A stretch of DNA of 64,000 bases. Source: the human T2T-CHM13v2.0 reference genome, Homo sapiens. Shown piece after piece: positions 31,900 to 48,009 of the stretch. The notes beneath the pieces were generated by a model. The model saw only the letters and a list, made by a program, of their open reading frames with translations, was not told the origin of the DNA and did not search any database. How positions within the stretch are numbered: position 1 is the first letter of the stretch; each line of letters opens with the position of its first letter. The stretch lies in NCBI RefSeq assembly GCF_009914755.1, contig NC_060946.1; one strand, given 5' to 3'. The translations under genes and the position numbers were made by a program.

Positions 31900-34600
31900 C
31901 TGGTAAGCCTCTTAACTCCCTCTTGACAACTACCCCGCAGCACATCCTCCTGGGGGGACTCCTCTCTATTGCCCTGTCTTCAGCTCCACCTCCTCACCTC
32001 TGTGCCACTCTGGCCAATTTTGTAGACTGAATGTTCTTTTCAGCTGGTTCTGATCTGCTCTCTGAAATGCTTGTTGACTTTTAAACTGCAATGATTATTA
32101 TTTTTCTTTTCTAAAAGTATTTTTTTTGGTTCATTTCCAAATCTGGTTTTTTTTTGATAGTGTATTATTCTTTTAATTTTTATTGAGATATATATATCAT
32201 AAACTTCGCCACTTTAAAGTATAGAATCATTAGCTTTTAGCATATTCATAAGGTTAAGCAACCATCATCACTATCTAATGCCAGAACATTTTCATAATTC
32301 CAAAAACAAACTCTGTACCCATTGGTACTCACTCCTTATCCTCCCTCCCTCAGACCCTGGCAACCACTGTTACTCTACTTTCTTTATGGATTTTCCATTC
32401 TGGACATTTCCTATCAATGGAATCATACAACCTATGATCCTTTGTGACTGGCTTCTTTCTCTTAGCATAATGTCTTTAAGGTTTATCGTTATTGTAGCAC
32501 ATGTAAGCATTCCATTCCTCTTTATTGTTGAATAATATTCTATTGTATGGGTAAACCATATTTTGTTTATTCATCACCTGATGGACTTTTGGGCTATTTC
32601 CACTTTTTGGTTATTATGTACAGATGTGAACATTCATGTATGAGTTATTGCATGGATATATGTTTTCAATTCTCCTGGGTATGTATCTAGGTGTGGGAAC
32701 TGCTAGGTCAGATGATAACTCTATATTTTACCATTTGAGGAACTTCCAGACTGTTTTCCAAAGGTGCTAAAAGACTTTACATTCCTACCAGCATGTATAT
32801 GAGGGTTCCCTTTAGAGCTAATTTTTGTTTACAGAATAGAGTATTAATCTTTCCTCACATTTTGTTTTAGCTTTCATGTCCTTCAAGACTTAAGCATACT
32901 TTATAGTGCCATCTGACAATTCTATGATCACAGGTTTATAGGACCAACACTTATTATCTGACTATCTGATCTTTTAATTACAGACCTCCAAATGGGTATG
33001 AAGTATTTCATTGAAGTTTTGCTTTGTATTTCCCTGATGGCTAATGATGTTGATTGAATTTTTATGTACCTGTGCTTTGTATATATTCTCTGCAGTTTCT
33101 CTTCAGATCTTTTGCTCATTTTTAAGCTGTGTTATTCGTCTTTTTATTGTTGAATTGTAAAAGTTATTTATATAATTTAAATTCTGGACTTTAATTAGAT
33201 GGGATTTGCAAATATTTTCTCCCATTCTGTAGGTTGTCTTTCAATTCTGATAGTGCTTTGGAAGCAAAAAAGCTTTTAATTTTTTTTTTTTTTTTTTGAG
33301 ATGGAGTTTTGCTCTTTTGCCCAGGCTGGAGTGAAGTGGCGTGATCTCTGCTCACTGCAACCTCTGTCCCCCGAGTTTAAGTGATTCTCTTGTCTCAGCC
33401 TACGGAGTAGCTGGGATTATAGGCGCCTGCCACCATGCCTGGCTCATTTTTGTATTTTTAGTAGAGATGGGGTTTCGCCATGTTGGCCAGGCTGGTCTTG
33501 AACTCCTGACCTCAGGTGATCCACCCACCTCAGCCTCCCAAAGTGCTAGGATTACAGGCGTGAGCCACCGTGCCTGGCCAAGCTTTTAATTTTTAACATG
33601 GTTTTGTAAAGATGAGGTCTTGCCATGTTGCTCAGGCTGGTCTGAATTACTGGGCCTTCTGTCTCGGGCTTCCAAAGTGCTAAGATTATAAGCATGAGCC
33701 ATTGTGTCCAGCCAAAAGTTTTAAATTTTGATGAAGTCCAATTTATCGATTCCTTCCTTTAGTTGTTTGTGCATTAGGTGTCATATCTAAGAAACAGTTG
33801 CCTAATCCAAGGTCACATAGATTTCTATCTATATTTTCTTCTAAGAGTTTTATAGTTTTTGCTCTTACATTTAGTTCTTTGTTCCCTTTTGAGTTAATTT
33901 TTGTTTATAGAATACAGTATTAATCTTTCCTCATTTTGTTTTAGCTTTTGTTCCAATTTTGTTTTAGCTTTCATGTCTTTCAAAATTTGTTCCAATTTTG
34001 TTTTAGCTTTCATGTCTTTCAAGACTTAAGCATATTTTATAGTGCCATCTGACAATTCTATGATCACAGGTTTATAGAAACCTAAGTCTCCCAGTAAGTA
34101 TGTCTCCTGACATTTGTGCATGACAGGCTCTTTCTTCTTGTGACTGTGGATTTTATGATCATCTAAACAGTGCTTTATCAGTGGTAATGCTGTACACCCT
34201 GGCCCAAGGAATGTCACTGCATGGTGGATACGCATCTCTGCCAAGTGCCTCTGAACGTCAATTAGACCAGGATTTCGTTTGTGTTCATTTCTCGGCTTGG
34301 CGATTTCTATACAACACAAGTAGTATTAAACTGGCCCTGAATCCACATGAGGGCAGACCTGTGGTTACACAGTCTCAAGGGAAGACTGTTATCCCAACCC
34401 AAAAACAGGCTGAGACATTCCAACTTCTCTGCTAGTTCTTGTGCTGTCAGTTGGGTTTTCCCAGGTCTGCCTCAGTCCTTTTTTAAGCAGCTTGACTTTA
34501 TGCTGGTGACTTAATTCCAACTCCTACATGGCTTAGACCCCAGGCCTTGTCTCAAGTCGATGTGGTCATTAAAACTCAAGGTCCTCAGTCAAGACCCCTA
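31900..34600 (-). mobile_element. L1MB-like 3' portion (~32170-33900) nested in older L1M remnants
   Basis: antisense L1 3'UTR/ORF2 (tgtgactggcttctttctcttagcataatg; ttctgtaggttgtctt; ttttaaattttgatgaagtccaattt). Confidence 0.78.
33280..33713 (-). mobile_element. AluS (33280-33579) and FLAM (~33600-33713)
   Basis: TSD aagcttttaatttt. Confidence 0.88.
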
Positions 34601-34639
34601 GCCTTGCACCCATGGTGCAGTTCTGCTCACTGCTCTGGC

Positions 34640-34756
34640 TTTTTTTTTTTTTTTTTTTTTTGAGACGGAGTCTCGCTCTGTCGCCCAGGCTGGAGTGCAG
34701 TGGCGGGATCTCGGCTCACTGCAAGCTCCGCCTCCCGGGTTCACGCCATTCTCCTG
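34640..34756 (-). mobile_element. Severely 5'-truncated AluY
   Basis: TSD tgctctggctttttt; gcaagctccgcctcccgggttcacgccattct. Confidence 0.9.
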
Positions 34757-34885
34757 TGCTCTGGCTTTTTTGTTCACTCTTAGATTTTAGACTCTGGGTA
34801 CTGCTCTTTCCTGTGAACTAGTTATTCATTTTAGGGACGAGGGTTGCATTTAATCCAGCATTTCAAAGTATTTAGAAGCATGGAG

Positions 34886-35288
<403 letters not shown>

Positions 35289-36464
35289 GCATTGAGTTAA
35301 TTATGAAACAAGCATGATTAGATTACAGAGCAGACTACAAGATTCCACACCAAGTTTATAGATACAGCATCAAACTTGCAGAAAGGGTCCTCCCATGCTA
35401 GCTTCCAGGAACTGTTTTCCAAGGAGAATAAATCCTGTCCAGACATGCAGTTTTGGACAGGGCTTTTCATAAGCAAAGCCCCAGAGGTAGCATGCTGTGG
35501 CTTTAGCTCCAAATCACCATCTACTGCAAGGACAGGTCACATACAAATGCTCCTTTCATTGGGCACCTGCTGGCTGTGTGGCTACTGCAAGTTTCTGACC
35601 AGTGTCCTTGTACTTGGCTGATGGTGGCACAGGCTAGGGTGTGTCTGCCCAGGGCTGCTGAGCCCTATAAACCTCGCAGTGGGGTGCAACTCTTAAGGGA
35701 CAGCTCTTAAGCCCCCAAAGTCCAGCCCACATCTGCCTCTCCTCTCCTAGGCTCTGACTCACTGGGATGTGAACTTAGCTCCTTGTCAAGCTAGGCTTGG
35801 AGGGAGGGGCCCTCTCAGGAGGCAGAGAACTTCAGTGCCAATGGCAGAGGCTGCAGACATTCGCTCTGGCCACCTCAGGAGGATGCACTACTGCAAAACT
35901 CCAAGAAATAAAGAACTACAACCTGCGTGATGTCACAGCTGTGTTTGAGGGGAGACCCAGAGAATGGATAAGCAGCATAGTGTCCACAAGAGCTCAGAAG
36001 CCAATCTGACTTGACAAAGACCTCACTTACATCATTTTTATTGCAGCTCTCTACCTCTGGTCAGTTTCTGAGTGGAAGGCCGTCACTTCCATGATGTATC
36101 AATATCAGAGTCTTCCACCTCTCCAACTAATCTCATGCTCTCTTCCGTGCAAACTCTGGGCTCCATCCAAACACCATTATTCTCAGTTCAGCCTCTGCAC
36201 TGACCAATCCTTGTGCCTTTGACCTTGTGGTTCTTTTGCCGCGTCCTCCCCCATGACTCCTTCCAGCCACCTTCCCACTTCAAGGAACCACCTCTTTCTC
36301 CTGGTGGCTCACTAAGGGCTCTGCAGTCTTGCTCCCATGTATTGAGTGGCTAGAGTCTTTTCCCCAACAGGAAGGCAGGTTGCTTGGTGGGAACACTGCC
36401 ACTGTGCTGTTGACCCATGCCTGCACCCTGCCTGGTCCTTCAGGGTCCTGCAGCTACCACCTAC

Positions 36465-36626
36465 CTTTCCACAGCTGTCGGAGTCATGCTGGTCAGGGCA
36501 GGAGCACCTGGTGTGGCTTTGGACCGCTCTGTGAACCGGGAGTCAAACGCTTTCATGGGTTCGATCTTGGACGGGGTCGTTAACACAGAAGGTGACAATG
36601 CAGCAGGAGTAGAGGTAGCATTCATA
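36465..36626 (-). CDS. HIRA: HIRA exon 15 (162 nt), MNATSTPAALSPSVLTTPSK...TAVE(R)
   Basis: cccag|TATGAA ... AAAG|gtaggt; S/T-P rich, TPSK CDK consensus. Confidence 0.97.
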
Positions 36627-37568
36627 CTGGGGTGAAGAAGAGGGGAGGCATGTCAAGCGCAATCCTGAAAGGATCTGGAGGTCTAGTATTTGCATTATTT
36701 GGAGCCTACTAAAAAAGGCACAAATATCAAACTTCCATAAACACAAAAAATGTCAAGATACAATCTACTACTCCCATTTCTTTAAAATTTTCATGTGTCA
36801 AAATTATGGACACCTAGAAGGTTGTGAGCAAATGCATTCACATTTCCCCCTTTGCACTGTTCTGAGAGCTTTTGCGGGTAGAATGAGGCCTAGAACATGG
36901 TTCTTACAACCCTTTTCTCTAGTCACACTGCCCTATCTCCACAACTTAAATACAGCACCTCTACCCCAAACCACTCCAGCCACTCACCTTTCCCACTTTG
37001 ACAATGAGTCTCATGAGATAAGCCTGCACCTGGGGTCCTGAAGCCATGGTCTGCTTTTACCCTTAGTCAGGCATCCTCCATCCTGAGCGGCCCCTCCCAT
37101 ATCTCCCTGTGACAGTGTCACATTCTTAGCATTATGCTCCAAGTGCTCATCACACAACTTTCATCTTCTATTCCACAGAGAAAGGAGAGGCCAGGCAGAA
37201 GCCTGCCTGGTCCATCCTTCATGTCCAAGCCCACACCACACGCTTTGGGACCATGGCCACTGGACCTCCTCCTAAGCACACCCAGGCTAACACCTTCCAC
37301 TCCTATCTGCCCAGACACCACACCACATGCCTGGTAGTCACCCTGGACAGCCCCATTCTTCTCCTCCATGATCTGTGGCCACTAGAATGGGCCATCCCCA
37401 CAGAGTTCTCAGATCTGGCATGGTCTGTCCTTCCCAGGCTCCCTTCGTCCTGGCATGCTTTGCTTCCTCACTGGTCTTGCTGCTCAGTCTTCTCTTCCTA
37501 CCCTCTCAGGGTCCCCCCAGGGCAGTGACCTAATGTTTGGGCATGCCTTCACAGCCATGGTGCTAGCA

Positions 37569-37720
37569 CCCAGAAGTAGGAGGCTGAAGTAACATAAGAC
37601 TCCATTCCACCAATGGAGAATTGCTCTGACGGTATCAGCTGTATCCCAGAAGCAGGGGGCTGCAGTAACACAAGACTCCATTCCACCAATGGAGAATCGC
37701 TCTGACGGTATCAGCTGTAT
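37569..37720. repeat. Tandem duplication, 2 x 76 bp
   Basis: copies 37569-37644 and 37645-37720; 5 mismatches counted by hand. Confidence 0.95.
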
Positions 37721-38702
37721 GTGCCAGGGAGTGGCCTATTTGGGGCACCACCGCCTAACAGAGTCACTTTCCTAAAATGGAGATCTCAAAGCCTTCTACG
37801 TCTCCACTCTGGGGAAAAGCCCAGACTACCTGATCCAGCACAGACACCTTGGCCTTCTCCCTCTTCTTGGCCTTCCTCAGGGGACTGGGGGGCTGCTGCC
37901 CCTAATCCCCAGGCCTCATCCCCTGGTAGGCCTGTATGAGCCCTGTGGAGGGTACCCTCTGAGGCACCTCCCTGATCCCTGAGATACCAGCCCCTCTTTG
38001 GATGGCTAGCCATTTCTATCCAGGGGACCTGAGGGGCCACCTGCAACCCTGTGGCTACCTCTCCCCCACCAGCCTACACACTCCCTGAGGATGAGGACCC
38101 ACCCATTAAGCCCCTGCGATGCCTGGGGCCTAGCAGGGTGTATAACCCAGAGCAGGTGCTGAGCAAACGTTCACTCCTGGCTTTCATTTGTGCTTGCCTG
38201 GTTCTTTCTGATTTCTAATTTGGTTTCCAAGTAACAATGGGTGAGGACACAGGCTCTGTGAGTGAATATAATTCTGAGAGTATAAGGGGAGTCTGTGCCC
38301 TCCCACAGGAGAACCCTGCCTAAGATGAATGCTGTGTGATGTGCTCAGCAGAGTGAAGTGGAAGCTGAGGCCCCAGAAATGTGAAGCACCTCCAGTGTAG
38401 AGCTGCCAGGTGGGGCTGACCCTGCAGCACGTAGCATTTCACTGGTAGTTCCCACCCTTAGCAGCCTGACCCTCGGTCAGCCTTGATACACTCTGTGAAA
38501 TCCTCAACAGTCCTGTGCATCAGAGACTCACTGAACAAGTCCTCCCCTCTGAGAAGTCCCCATTTCAAATCACGCATTTTTTTCTTTCTTTTTTGATTGA
38601 AGGGGCCACAAAGTGCAAACAGAATAAAATTCTCTGTCCTCAAAACTATGTGCAAACCTGAACTTTCCCCAGGGACAGGAACAAGCCTTGGCACCCACTA
38701 AC

Positions 38703-38900
38703 CTGTCTTTATTGACAGAATCGCCTGCAGGTCTGGCACTGGCAGCCACCACAGGCTCTGTGCAAGGCTTCGAGGCGCCGAAGGAGTTAGGGGTACTGGA
38801 GTCCAGTGGCAGTAGCTGTGGACTGCTATGAGAAGAGAGCATGGTGCCCGCCAGGGAGCCCGAGAGGGGGATGCTGTTAAAGAATGCCGTGGAGAAGTCC
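38703..38900 (-). CDS. HIRA: HIRA exon 14 (198 nt), DFSTAFFNSIPLSG...GDSVNKD
   Basis: gacag|GGACTT ... ACAG|gttagt. Confidence 0.96.
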
Positions 38901-39065
38901 CTGTCATCAAGTAAGAACAAAAGTCAGCCTTGAAAGTCAGGTGCCACATCCAGTACTTTATACATTCAAATAACTTTTTTCTAGGTCCAAAGGCAGTATG
39001 TTTTCATGATAGAAAATCTGCAAAGTTACAGAAAAGTAAAAAGAAAATTAAAGCCACTTAATATA

Positions 39066-39222
39066 CTATATTTAATTGAATCTAGGATTTACAGGTTCTA
39101 TATGTACTACTAAGAAAGAAAACAATGCTACTAATTGTCAGATGCCATTGACTGTACAACACACCCAAATCTCAGAGGTGTTAAACTGTGCAAACACATG
39201 TCTTAGGAGGAATGAAATGCAG
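39066..39222. mobile_element. MER104/Kanga-like TcMar-Tc2 element
   Basis: gatgccattgactgta..cacccaaatctcagaggtgttaaa..gtcttag..atgaaatgcag. Confidence 0.55.
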
Positions 39223-39379
39223 CAATACAGAAAGGGCCTCCCTTTCATGAAGGGCCATGGGGCATGCCACTAGATGGGTGTGCCATAATATACCTAACCC
39301 AGCCTCTACTGAGGGACCACAAGACTGTCTCCAGCTTTTTCTAGAACAGATGCTGCTGCACCAGGAAGCAAGGTATTGC

Positions 39380-39580
39380 AGTGTCAGAACTGAGGATTCT
39401 GGGACAGCCAGGTCTGACTCCTCTGCCATTTGTTAGCTTGTGACTTGCTCTAACTACTCTTGTGCCTCCAGTCATGTCTGCAAAATACAAAGTGCCAGGA
39501 CTCTCCCCATGGGGTTGCTGTCAGGACTAAAGCAGTTGGTGTAGGACACTCTTAGAACACACATTGGCTGCTCAAAGAAT
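39380..39580 (+). mobile_element. MIR
   Basis: ctctgccatt...tgtgac...ctgcaaaa...gttgctgtcaggactaa. Confidence 0.55.
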
Positions 39581-39853
39581 TATGAAATTCTAATAATTGT
39601 CATTACACCTAAGATTCACATAATATATGGGATAAATTCTTAGAAGTGGAATTGTAGCAGCAAATGAAATGTTCACTGATGATTTGGAATAAATATTTCT
39701 AAAGTGCCCTCCTCAGAGGTTTAAATTACAAGCCATGTATGAGAGCGCCTATTTCTCCACATAGGTGCTTAGTAACACTTTTATCAAATTTCTTGACACT
39801 TAACAATCTGACAGAAGAAAAATGGTATCTTATTTTGATATGAGTGACGTTGA

Positions 39854-40145
<292 letters not shown>

Positions 40146-40178
40146 GGCAGTTTTTCAAAGTAGAAATACTTGATTTCC

Positions 40179-40533
<355 letters not shown>

Positions 40534-40589
40534 CTACTGTTTTGTTATTGGTCTTTATTACTGATTTGTAAAAATCATTTACATATTAA

Positions 40590-40939
<350 letters not shown>

Positions 40940-41439
40940 CAGCCTATCTTTTAAATGCACTAAAATTTTAAAATTTTTGTGTACTCTAAATTGTCATTTA
41001 CAGAAAACACTTTTTTGACCTCTGAGATTATAAAAAATATTCTTCCAGGGAATCTTCTAAAATTTTAAACAAAAATATTTTAAATAACAATTTAAAAAGA
41101 AACAAACTATAAGCTGTTTAGAATGTATGTAATGATAAGTTATGAGGCTGGGACCCAACATTGTTTCTAGGAGGTGCCATGTAGTCCTGTCTTCCATTTA
41201 CCGAATTAGCCAATGTTTTATCACTGATGTGAAATGCTACCTTTAAAATTCCCATAAATATTCGGGCCTGTTTCCTCATATTCTATCATATTCCACTGCA
41301 CTATCTACTCATGTGTCAGTATCTCACTGTTTTGAGTTATGACAGCTTTTAAGTCTTAATTTCTGGTGGGGCTAGTCTTCCCTGGCTAATCTTCTTTTTC
41401 AGAAATATTTCGGCCATTCCTATTTATTTTTCCAGATAA

Positions 41440-41755
41440 CTTTATTTTATTTATTTATTTATTTGATACAAAGTCTCACTCTGTCACCCAGGCTGGAGAG
41501 TGGCACTATCTTGGCTCACTGCAACCTCCCAGGTTCAAGCAATTCTCCTGCCTCAGCCTCCAAGTATCTGGGATACAGGTAGTAGCTACAGTAGCTACAG
41601 GTGGGCACCACCACTCCCAGCTAATTTTTATATTTTTAGTAGGGACGGGGTTTCACCATGTTGGCCAGGCTGGTCTCAAACTCGTGACCTCAGGTGATCT
41701 GCCTGCCTCGGCCTCCCAAAGTGCTGAGATTACAGTTGTCAGCCACTGTGCCCAG
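41440..41755 (-). mobile_element. AluS
   Basis: antisense dimer, (ttta)n tail. Confidence 0.9.
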
Positions 41756-44453
41756 TCGATTTTTCCACATAACTTTATAGTTACCTTGTCTGATTCCCAA
41801 AATTCCTACGGTTATTTGTACTGGTTAAATTTATAGGCTACAAGAGAGCTGACATCTTTATGATGCCATCCTAGCTAATCAATGGTATGAATTTCTAGTT
41901 ATTTCTTTGAGTTTTCTTTGAAGCCTCTCAGTAGGGTTTTTAATTTTTTCTTCATTAAGATATGCATCTCTGGTTGCATCCTAGTTATTTTATTTGTGAA
42001 TATGACTTATTTCTTTATGTGCTCTGAGGGTAGTTGGTGCTACCTGACTTCATGTTGATTGTATCCTGCCATGTGACTATCTTCTTTCATTGCCTATGGC
42101 AGCTTTTCCAGTTGATTCTCTTATAAACCATATCATCCTTAAATAATTATCCTTTCCAATTTGTTCTTTCCTTTGACTAACTACATGGGCTAGGACCTAT
42201 AGAACAATGTTAAATTATAGTTGCAAGAGTAGGCATTTGTTTAGTTTTTGAACTTAATTTGAAATAAGATAATTTATCAAGTTAAGGAAGCATCCACCTA
42301 TTCCCATTTAACTGAGTTTTAAAACAACGTTGAATTTTACCAAAACGCCTATTAAGCATCGATGAGAGATCATATAATTTTTTTTCTTTTGATCTACTGA
42401 TACGTAGAATTAAATAGTTACCTAAAATTTGAACCTCCTTACTTTCCCAAAACAAACCTCACTTGGTCATGGTATATTAGCCTTTTAACAAGCAGTAAGG
42501 TTCTGTTTGTTACTATTTTACTTAGGATTTTGCACTGACATTCAGAAATGAGAATGATCTTGAATTTATTATGTTTTATCCTTGTAAGATTTTGATATAT
42601 TATGTTCATTTCAAAATAAAAATTTGCACATTTCTTCTCCATGCACTAGAATATTTAAAATGGTATTAACAGTTACCTGAGTTACCTGTTCCTTAAAAGT
42701 TCCTGAAGTTTCCCTGTGAAGCCATCTTAGTCCGGTGGCTTTGGTGGGGTTAACTCTGTCCTCTATTTCTTCCACAATAATTTTTCACTTTTAGTAATTT
42801 TATTTTCTTCAAAAACCATCCACTTTCTGTGCAAATTTATTTGCACAGAGTTCAGCAAAGAAGTCTCTCATCTTTTTGATTTGTCTATTATTTCTCACTT
42901 ATACCTACTTTGTATATTTATGCTTTTTCTCTTCTTTCTTGATTAGCTAAGCTAATAAGGACCTATCCTGTTGCTACGTGTTAGAACGTGGGAATCAGGA
43001 GGGCAAAAAGCTTTTAATACCAAAAGGATCAGGTCCTGATGCTAGAAATATGCATCCTATGTCAGAAAGTTGGCCCCAGACCAGTTAGGAAGCCACCTAC
43101 ACCTTCTCACCAGGTAACGCCTGGAAGGATCCACAGAACAAAGTGTCACCATCACCACCACCACCTCCCCATCCCACAGGCCCAGTATGTTCAGAGCTCA
43201 ACCACACACTGGGTCTCACTTGGTCTCAATAAAAGGTAGGTAGGGGCATTACCCCCTACAGGGTCACAATAGGAAAAAGACTTAGTCAAAAGAAAATGAG
43301 TGCTCTGTGGGGAGCCAGCAGACCTGGTTCTTGCTCTACTCGTGGGGACCTCAGAGCCTGCACATCTAACATGAGGAGACTGGATCTGTACACTGTACGA
43401 GTGAAGGTTTCTTTAGACACCAAGGAAGATTTGGAATAGCTCGTGGATGGACAACTGCAAAACGCAGAGGCCTAAAGTGTGTGGCCTCCATGAAGGGCTT
43501 ACAAATGCCCTGAGCAGATAGACGGAATGAGAATAAAACCCAGAGTGAACTGCCTTGACAGTGGGGGTCTATTTCTTTCACACAGTGCTTTATCATTTTT
43601 CTTTCTTTCTTTTTTTTTTTTTGAATCAACACACATCATTTTGGGAAGAATAACCAATTCAAAAACAATCTTCACTATATACACTGGGACAACAGCAAGT
43701 GGTGAATGAGTCTCTTCCCCCTTCTCTGTCCCCCACAGGGAAATATGTTTGGGAGCCCTACTCTCTGCCCAGTAATTCCACTTCTAGAAGTTATCCTGAG
43801 AGAACAACCACAGGTGAGCTCAAAGACTCATTTATAATCACGAGAAACTGGACACAAACACAAGTCTACAGTGAGCTGGCTAAGCAAATCCTAGGATGGG
43901 AATCTGGATAATCAGATAGCAAACACCTCAGAGGACTAGTTATTAAAATGGATGAATGGGCATGAAACAGTAACGAGTGGGGAAAAAAAAGACTGGAAAT
44001 ACAGATATAAAAACATTAACAGTGACTGTATCTGATTATGGATAATGTTTTTTTCTTCTTTGGGCTTTTACTATTTTCTAAATTTAACCATGTGTAAATA
44101 TACCTTTCATAATCATAAAAATAACTTTATGAAAGAAAAAAAAGAAAAAAAAAATCAGCCTGACTGACTGCTTTCCTTGTGCGTCCTCTGGTGCCCTGGC
44201 AACAGTGAAGTGCAGCAGATGTGCTGGCCGCCTTAGCACTCCCACCCCTCACATGATTCAGGTGTGCACAAGGGCTCCAGGAGGAGTATGGGCTTTGAGA
44301 CTGCGGGAAGCTGAGCTTCACTTCCTTGCTTCCATGTTCTACCAGTCAGGTTGTGAAGGACCCGTGAAGATCCTCACTGTGAAAGTGTTAACCGCTGAAA
44401 GAAGACAGGAAGATCTCGCCAGATAAGACCATGAAAGGGGAATGAACCAGTAC

Positions 44454-44539
44454 CCAGTGTCCAGCTGTGCTATGCAGAGAGGCGTGATTCTTCTCCGGCC
44501 ATCTGCTGTCCGAGTCTCAACTTGTTTCTTCAAAAGATT
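44454..44539 (-). CDS. HIRA: HIRA exon 13 (86 nt), NLLKKQVETRTADGRRRITPLCIAQLDT(G), ASF1a-binding B-domain core
   Basis: ccag|AATCTT ... CTGG|gtactg; GRRRITP B-domain motif. Confidence 0.97.
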
Positions 44540-44609
44540 CTGGCAAAGCAGAGTTACATAAATGAATGCAAAAGTTTTGGCCAACTATTTCCAAATATTA
44601 AAAAATAAA

Positions 44610-45220
<611 letters not shown>

Positions 45221-45349
45221 CATTAATTTGTACACACTAAGTATGTATAACTTTTTATATGTCAATTGTACTTCAACACGGTAGGTTTAAAAATAATAAG
45301 GCTTCTAAGGAAATGTATTCTAAATTGCCCTCCTGGTACAACTAAATAA

Positions 45350-45789
<440 letters not shown>

Positions 45790-46355
45790 GAGGTAGAGAT
45801 TTTCAAACTGACTTTCAAAATAGAATCCTTCCTTCCACAGAAAGCTTGTAACTAGGGGTTTTCTCTCATACTTTATATCTGAATTGCCTGGAGGAGGTTT
45901 GTCAGCCTACACAGGCTCCTGGAGATGGTTTATACTCCCCAGGCAATAACGTTCCCTACCCTTTTCCTGCCCCATTTCCAACCCCTTCCCATCAAACATG
46001 GCTTCCAGATGAAGAAGGGGGAGCCCATAGAAGTCTCCTAAGGGCAGAGCCTGAAATCCACTGTTGTTAGCATCTAGGATTTTTAGAAAGACCAGAAGGA
46101 TAAAATTCGTAAGTTCTTACAAGAGATGACCTCCTCTGGGCTCCTGGGGATAAGGAGGCCTTTGATAAAGAGGATCCAGGCCCCATTACTGCATCATGCA
46201 GCAGTGGGCAAGGGGCCAACAGGCCCGAGGCTGGCTAACCCACAGATCCCGTACCACTCTAAACAAACCCCTTCCTTACCACCACTGGTGTCTGCCCCTC
46301 ACCCTGTCCCTGGGCATATGTCCATGTCTTTAGCGCCACCAGGCAGGGCTCTCAC

Positions 46356-46571
46356 CTTCCTGATATCTTCAAGACTCTCCCCGTTGACAACGCCTGCGAC
46401 TGAGGTGGCTGAGCCCATCTCCCTGGTCGCAGCACTCTTCTGGTCCAGCTGCTGCTGCTGCTGCCTTCGCTGGTACTTGAGCATCTCAGGGTTCTCAATG
46501 ACGGCTGTGGAGAGCTGGGCCTCGGTCATGATGGCTAGGCTCTTGCCATAGGTGGACTGGTGAATGCGGCT
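46356..46571 (-). CDS. HIRA: HIRA exon 12 (216 nt), SRIHQSTYGK...QQQQQ...EDIRK
   Basis: cccag|AGCCGC ... AAG|gtgag; contains (CAG)5 at 46449-46463. Confidence 0.97.
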
Positions 46572-48009
46572 CTGGGGAAGCAAGGAGAGGCATGACATGC
46601 CAGCATGAGTGCCAGTGTGGCCAGTGCTGCCCACCAGCAGGCAAACTACAGCAGGGCTCTCCTGGCTCTGAGTGGAGAAGGGACCCAAGGCCAACTCCCC
46701 ATCGCCTCCCATCCTATTCTGCCTGTCCCTCATTCGACAGCTCTGTTGATGTCTCATGCCCACCCTTGATTTTTATGGCCTCCCTTGTATCTGTAGCTGG
46801 GATGACAGTAAATGAGACAGCCAACAAGACAACACCTGCCCCACAGTCTGGTGGAGAACAAATGACAATCCACAGTGCTTCAGTGGAAAGGAAGATACTC
46901 AAGGTGCTAACTTAAGGCTCTTAAATCACTCCTAGGACCCAAATGATTTTGGGAATCAGATCCTAGAACAAAAGTCTACTTTCACAGCTCATCTGCAGCC
47001 ATAAGCCCTGTGGTTGGAAGTCCCCATTGGCCTGCTTAGTGTCTCTAAGAGTATGGGAAGGCCTGGCACAGCAGGGCTGGGGAGCCTCCTTTACTCCCAC
47101 CCCTCCTAGTATGTCATCATACTCCCCTCCTTCTAGGCCCTCATAGTCTTGTGCCCTAACAAGCTAGACAGGAGCCTCATGAGAGCAGAGATGGTGTCCC
47201 CAGCACACTGTAGTGACTGCTGTACGTGAAAGTGCATGAGGAACACACTTCCATGGGATGTGCAAATGTCCAATGTGGGATTCTGCTCAAGAACAGGGAC
47301 TGTGGTTAACAGGACATCTGCTTTACAGCAGAGCATGGGTTGAGAGGCAGCGTTCCAAGAGAGGTGCCTTGGGACCTGCTCCTGCAGGGCTTGAATGTGG
47401 CCAGGAACCTCCTTTTCTTGCCATCTTGGCTCCTGCCCTTCTCTCCTGAGTCTATCCCCTGGAATCTCGAAGCAGAATTCAGTGTTTGGCCAGGGTTTCC
47501 CTAGTGTTCCTCCAACATGGAGTCCCAGCCTGACTTGGGAAATGGTAAGCAGATGGGTTATTAGGCTCCCAGAGTGACTCCAAGGGAGTGCATAGTGATC
47601 CCAGGTACCTGATGACAGTGACAAGGTTGGAGGAGGACCTGAGGCCTCTGAGATACTCATTCCTTCATGGAAAAATGATGGGGTGGCAGGCCCCATTCTA
47701 AGTGTAGTCATTAAGGCAGACCTCTCCCCCAAAGGGGTTCACATTTTAGTGGGGAGGTCACACTGTAGGTTAAGAGGAAGCTTCCACCAGCAAATAAGGT
47801 CATGAGGAGAGCTGCCAGCCTGCTCTGGGCTTTCACAGAGCTCCCTTCAGACACATACACACAACCCACCAAGTGGGGGCAGGTTTCTAAGCCTCTGGTA
47901 GGTGAAGCAGGGCTTTTCTCAAAGCCTGGCAGAAGGGCAGAGAGACCCCATCACCCCAGCAGAGCACAGAGGGGAGGCAGCCTGGCCCAGAGGCAGCAGG
48001 CCTTGTTCA

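Noticed and set aside
37569-37720. Repeat-spacer (CRISPR-like) reading of the duplication
   Set aside because: Human DNA; only two contiguous copies with no unique spacer
46449-46463. (CAG)5 polyQ in exon 12 as an expansion locus
   Set aside because: Too short to be unstable; matches the normal protein
47133-47732. 199-aa minus-strand intronic ORF (also 18847-19392 and the intronic tail of 21479-22018)
   Set aside because: No homology recognised, non-ATG or Alu-derived parts, and read-through of real donors
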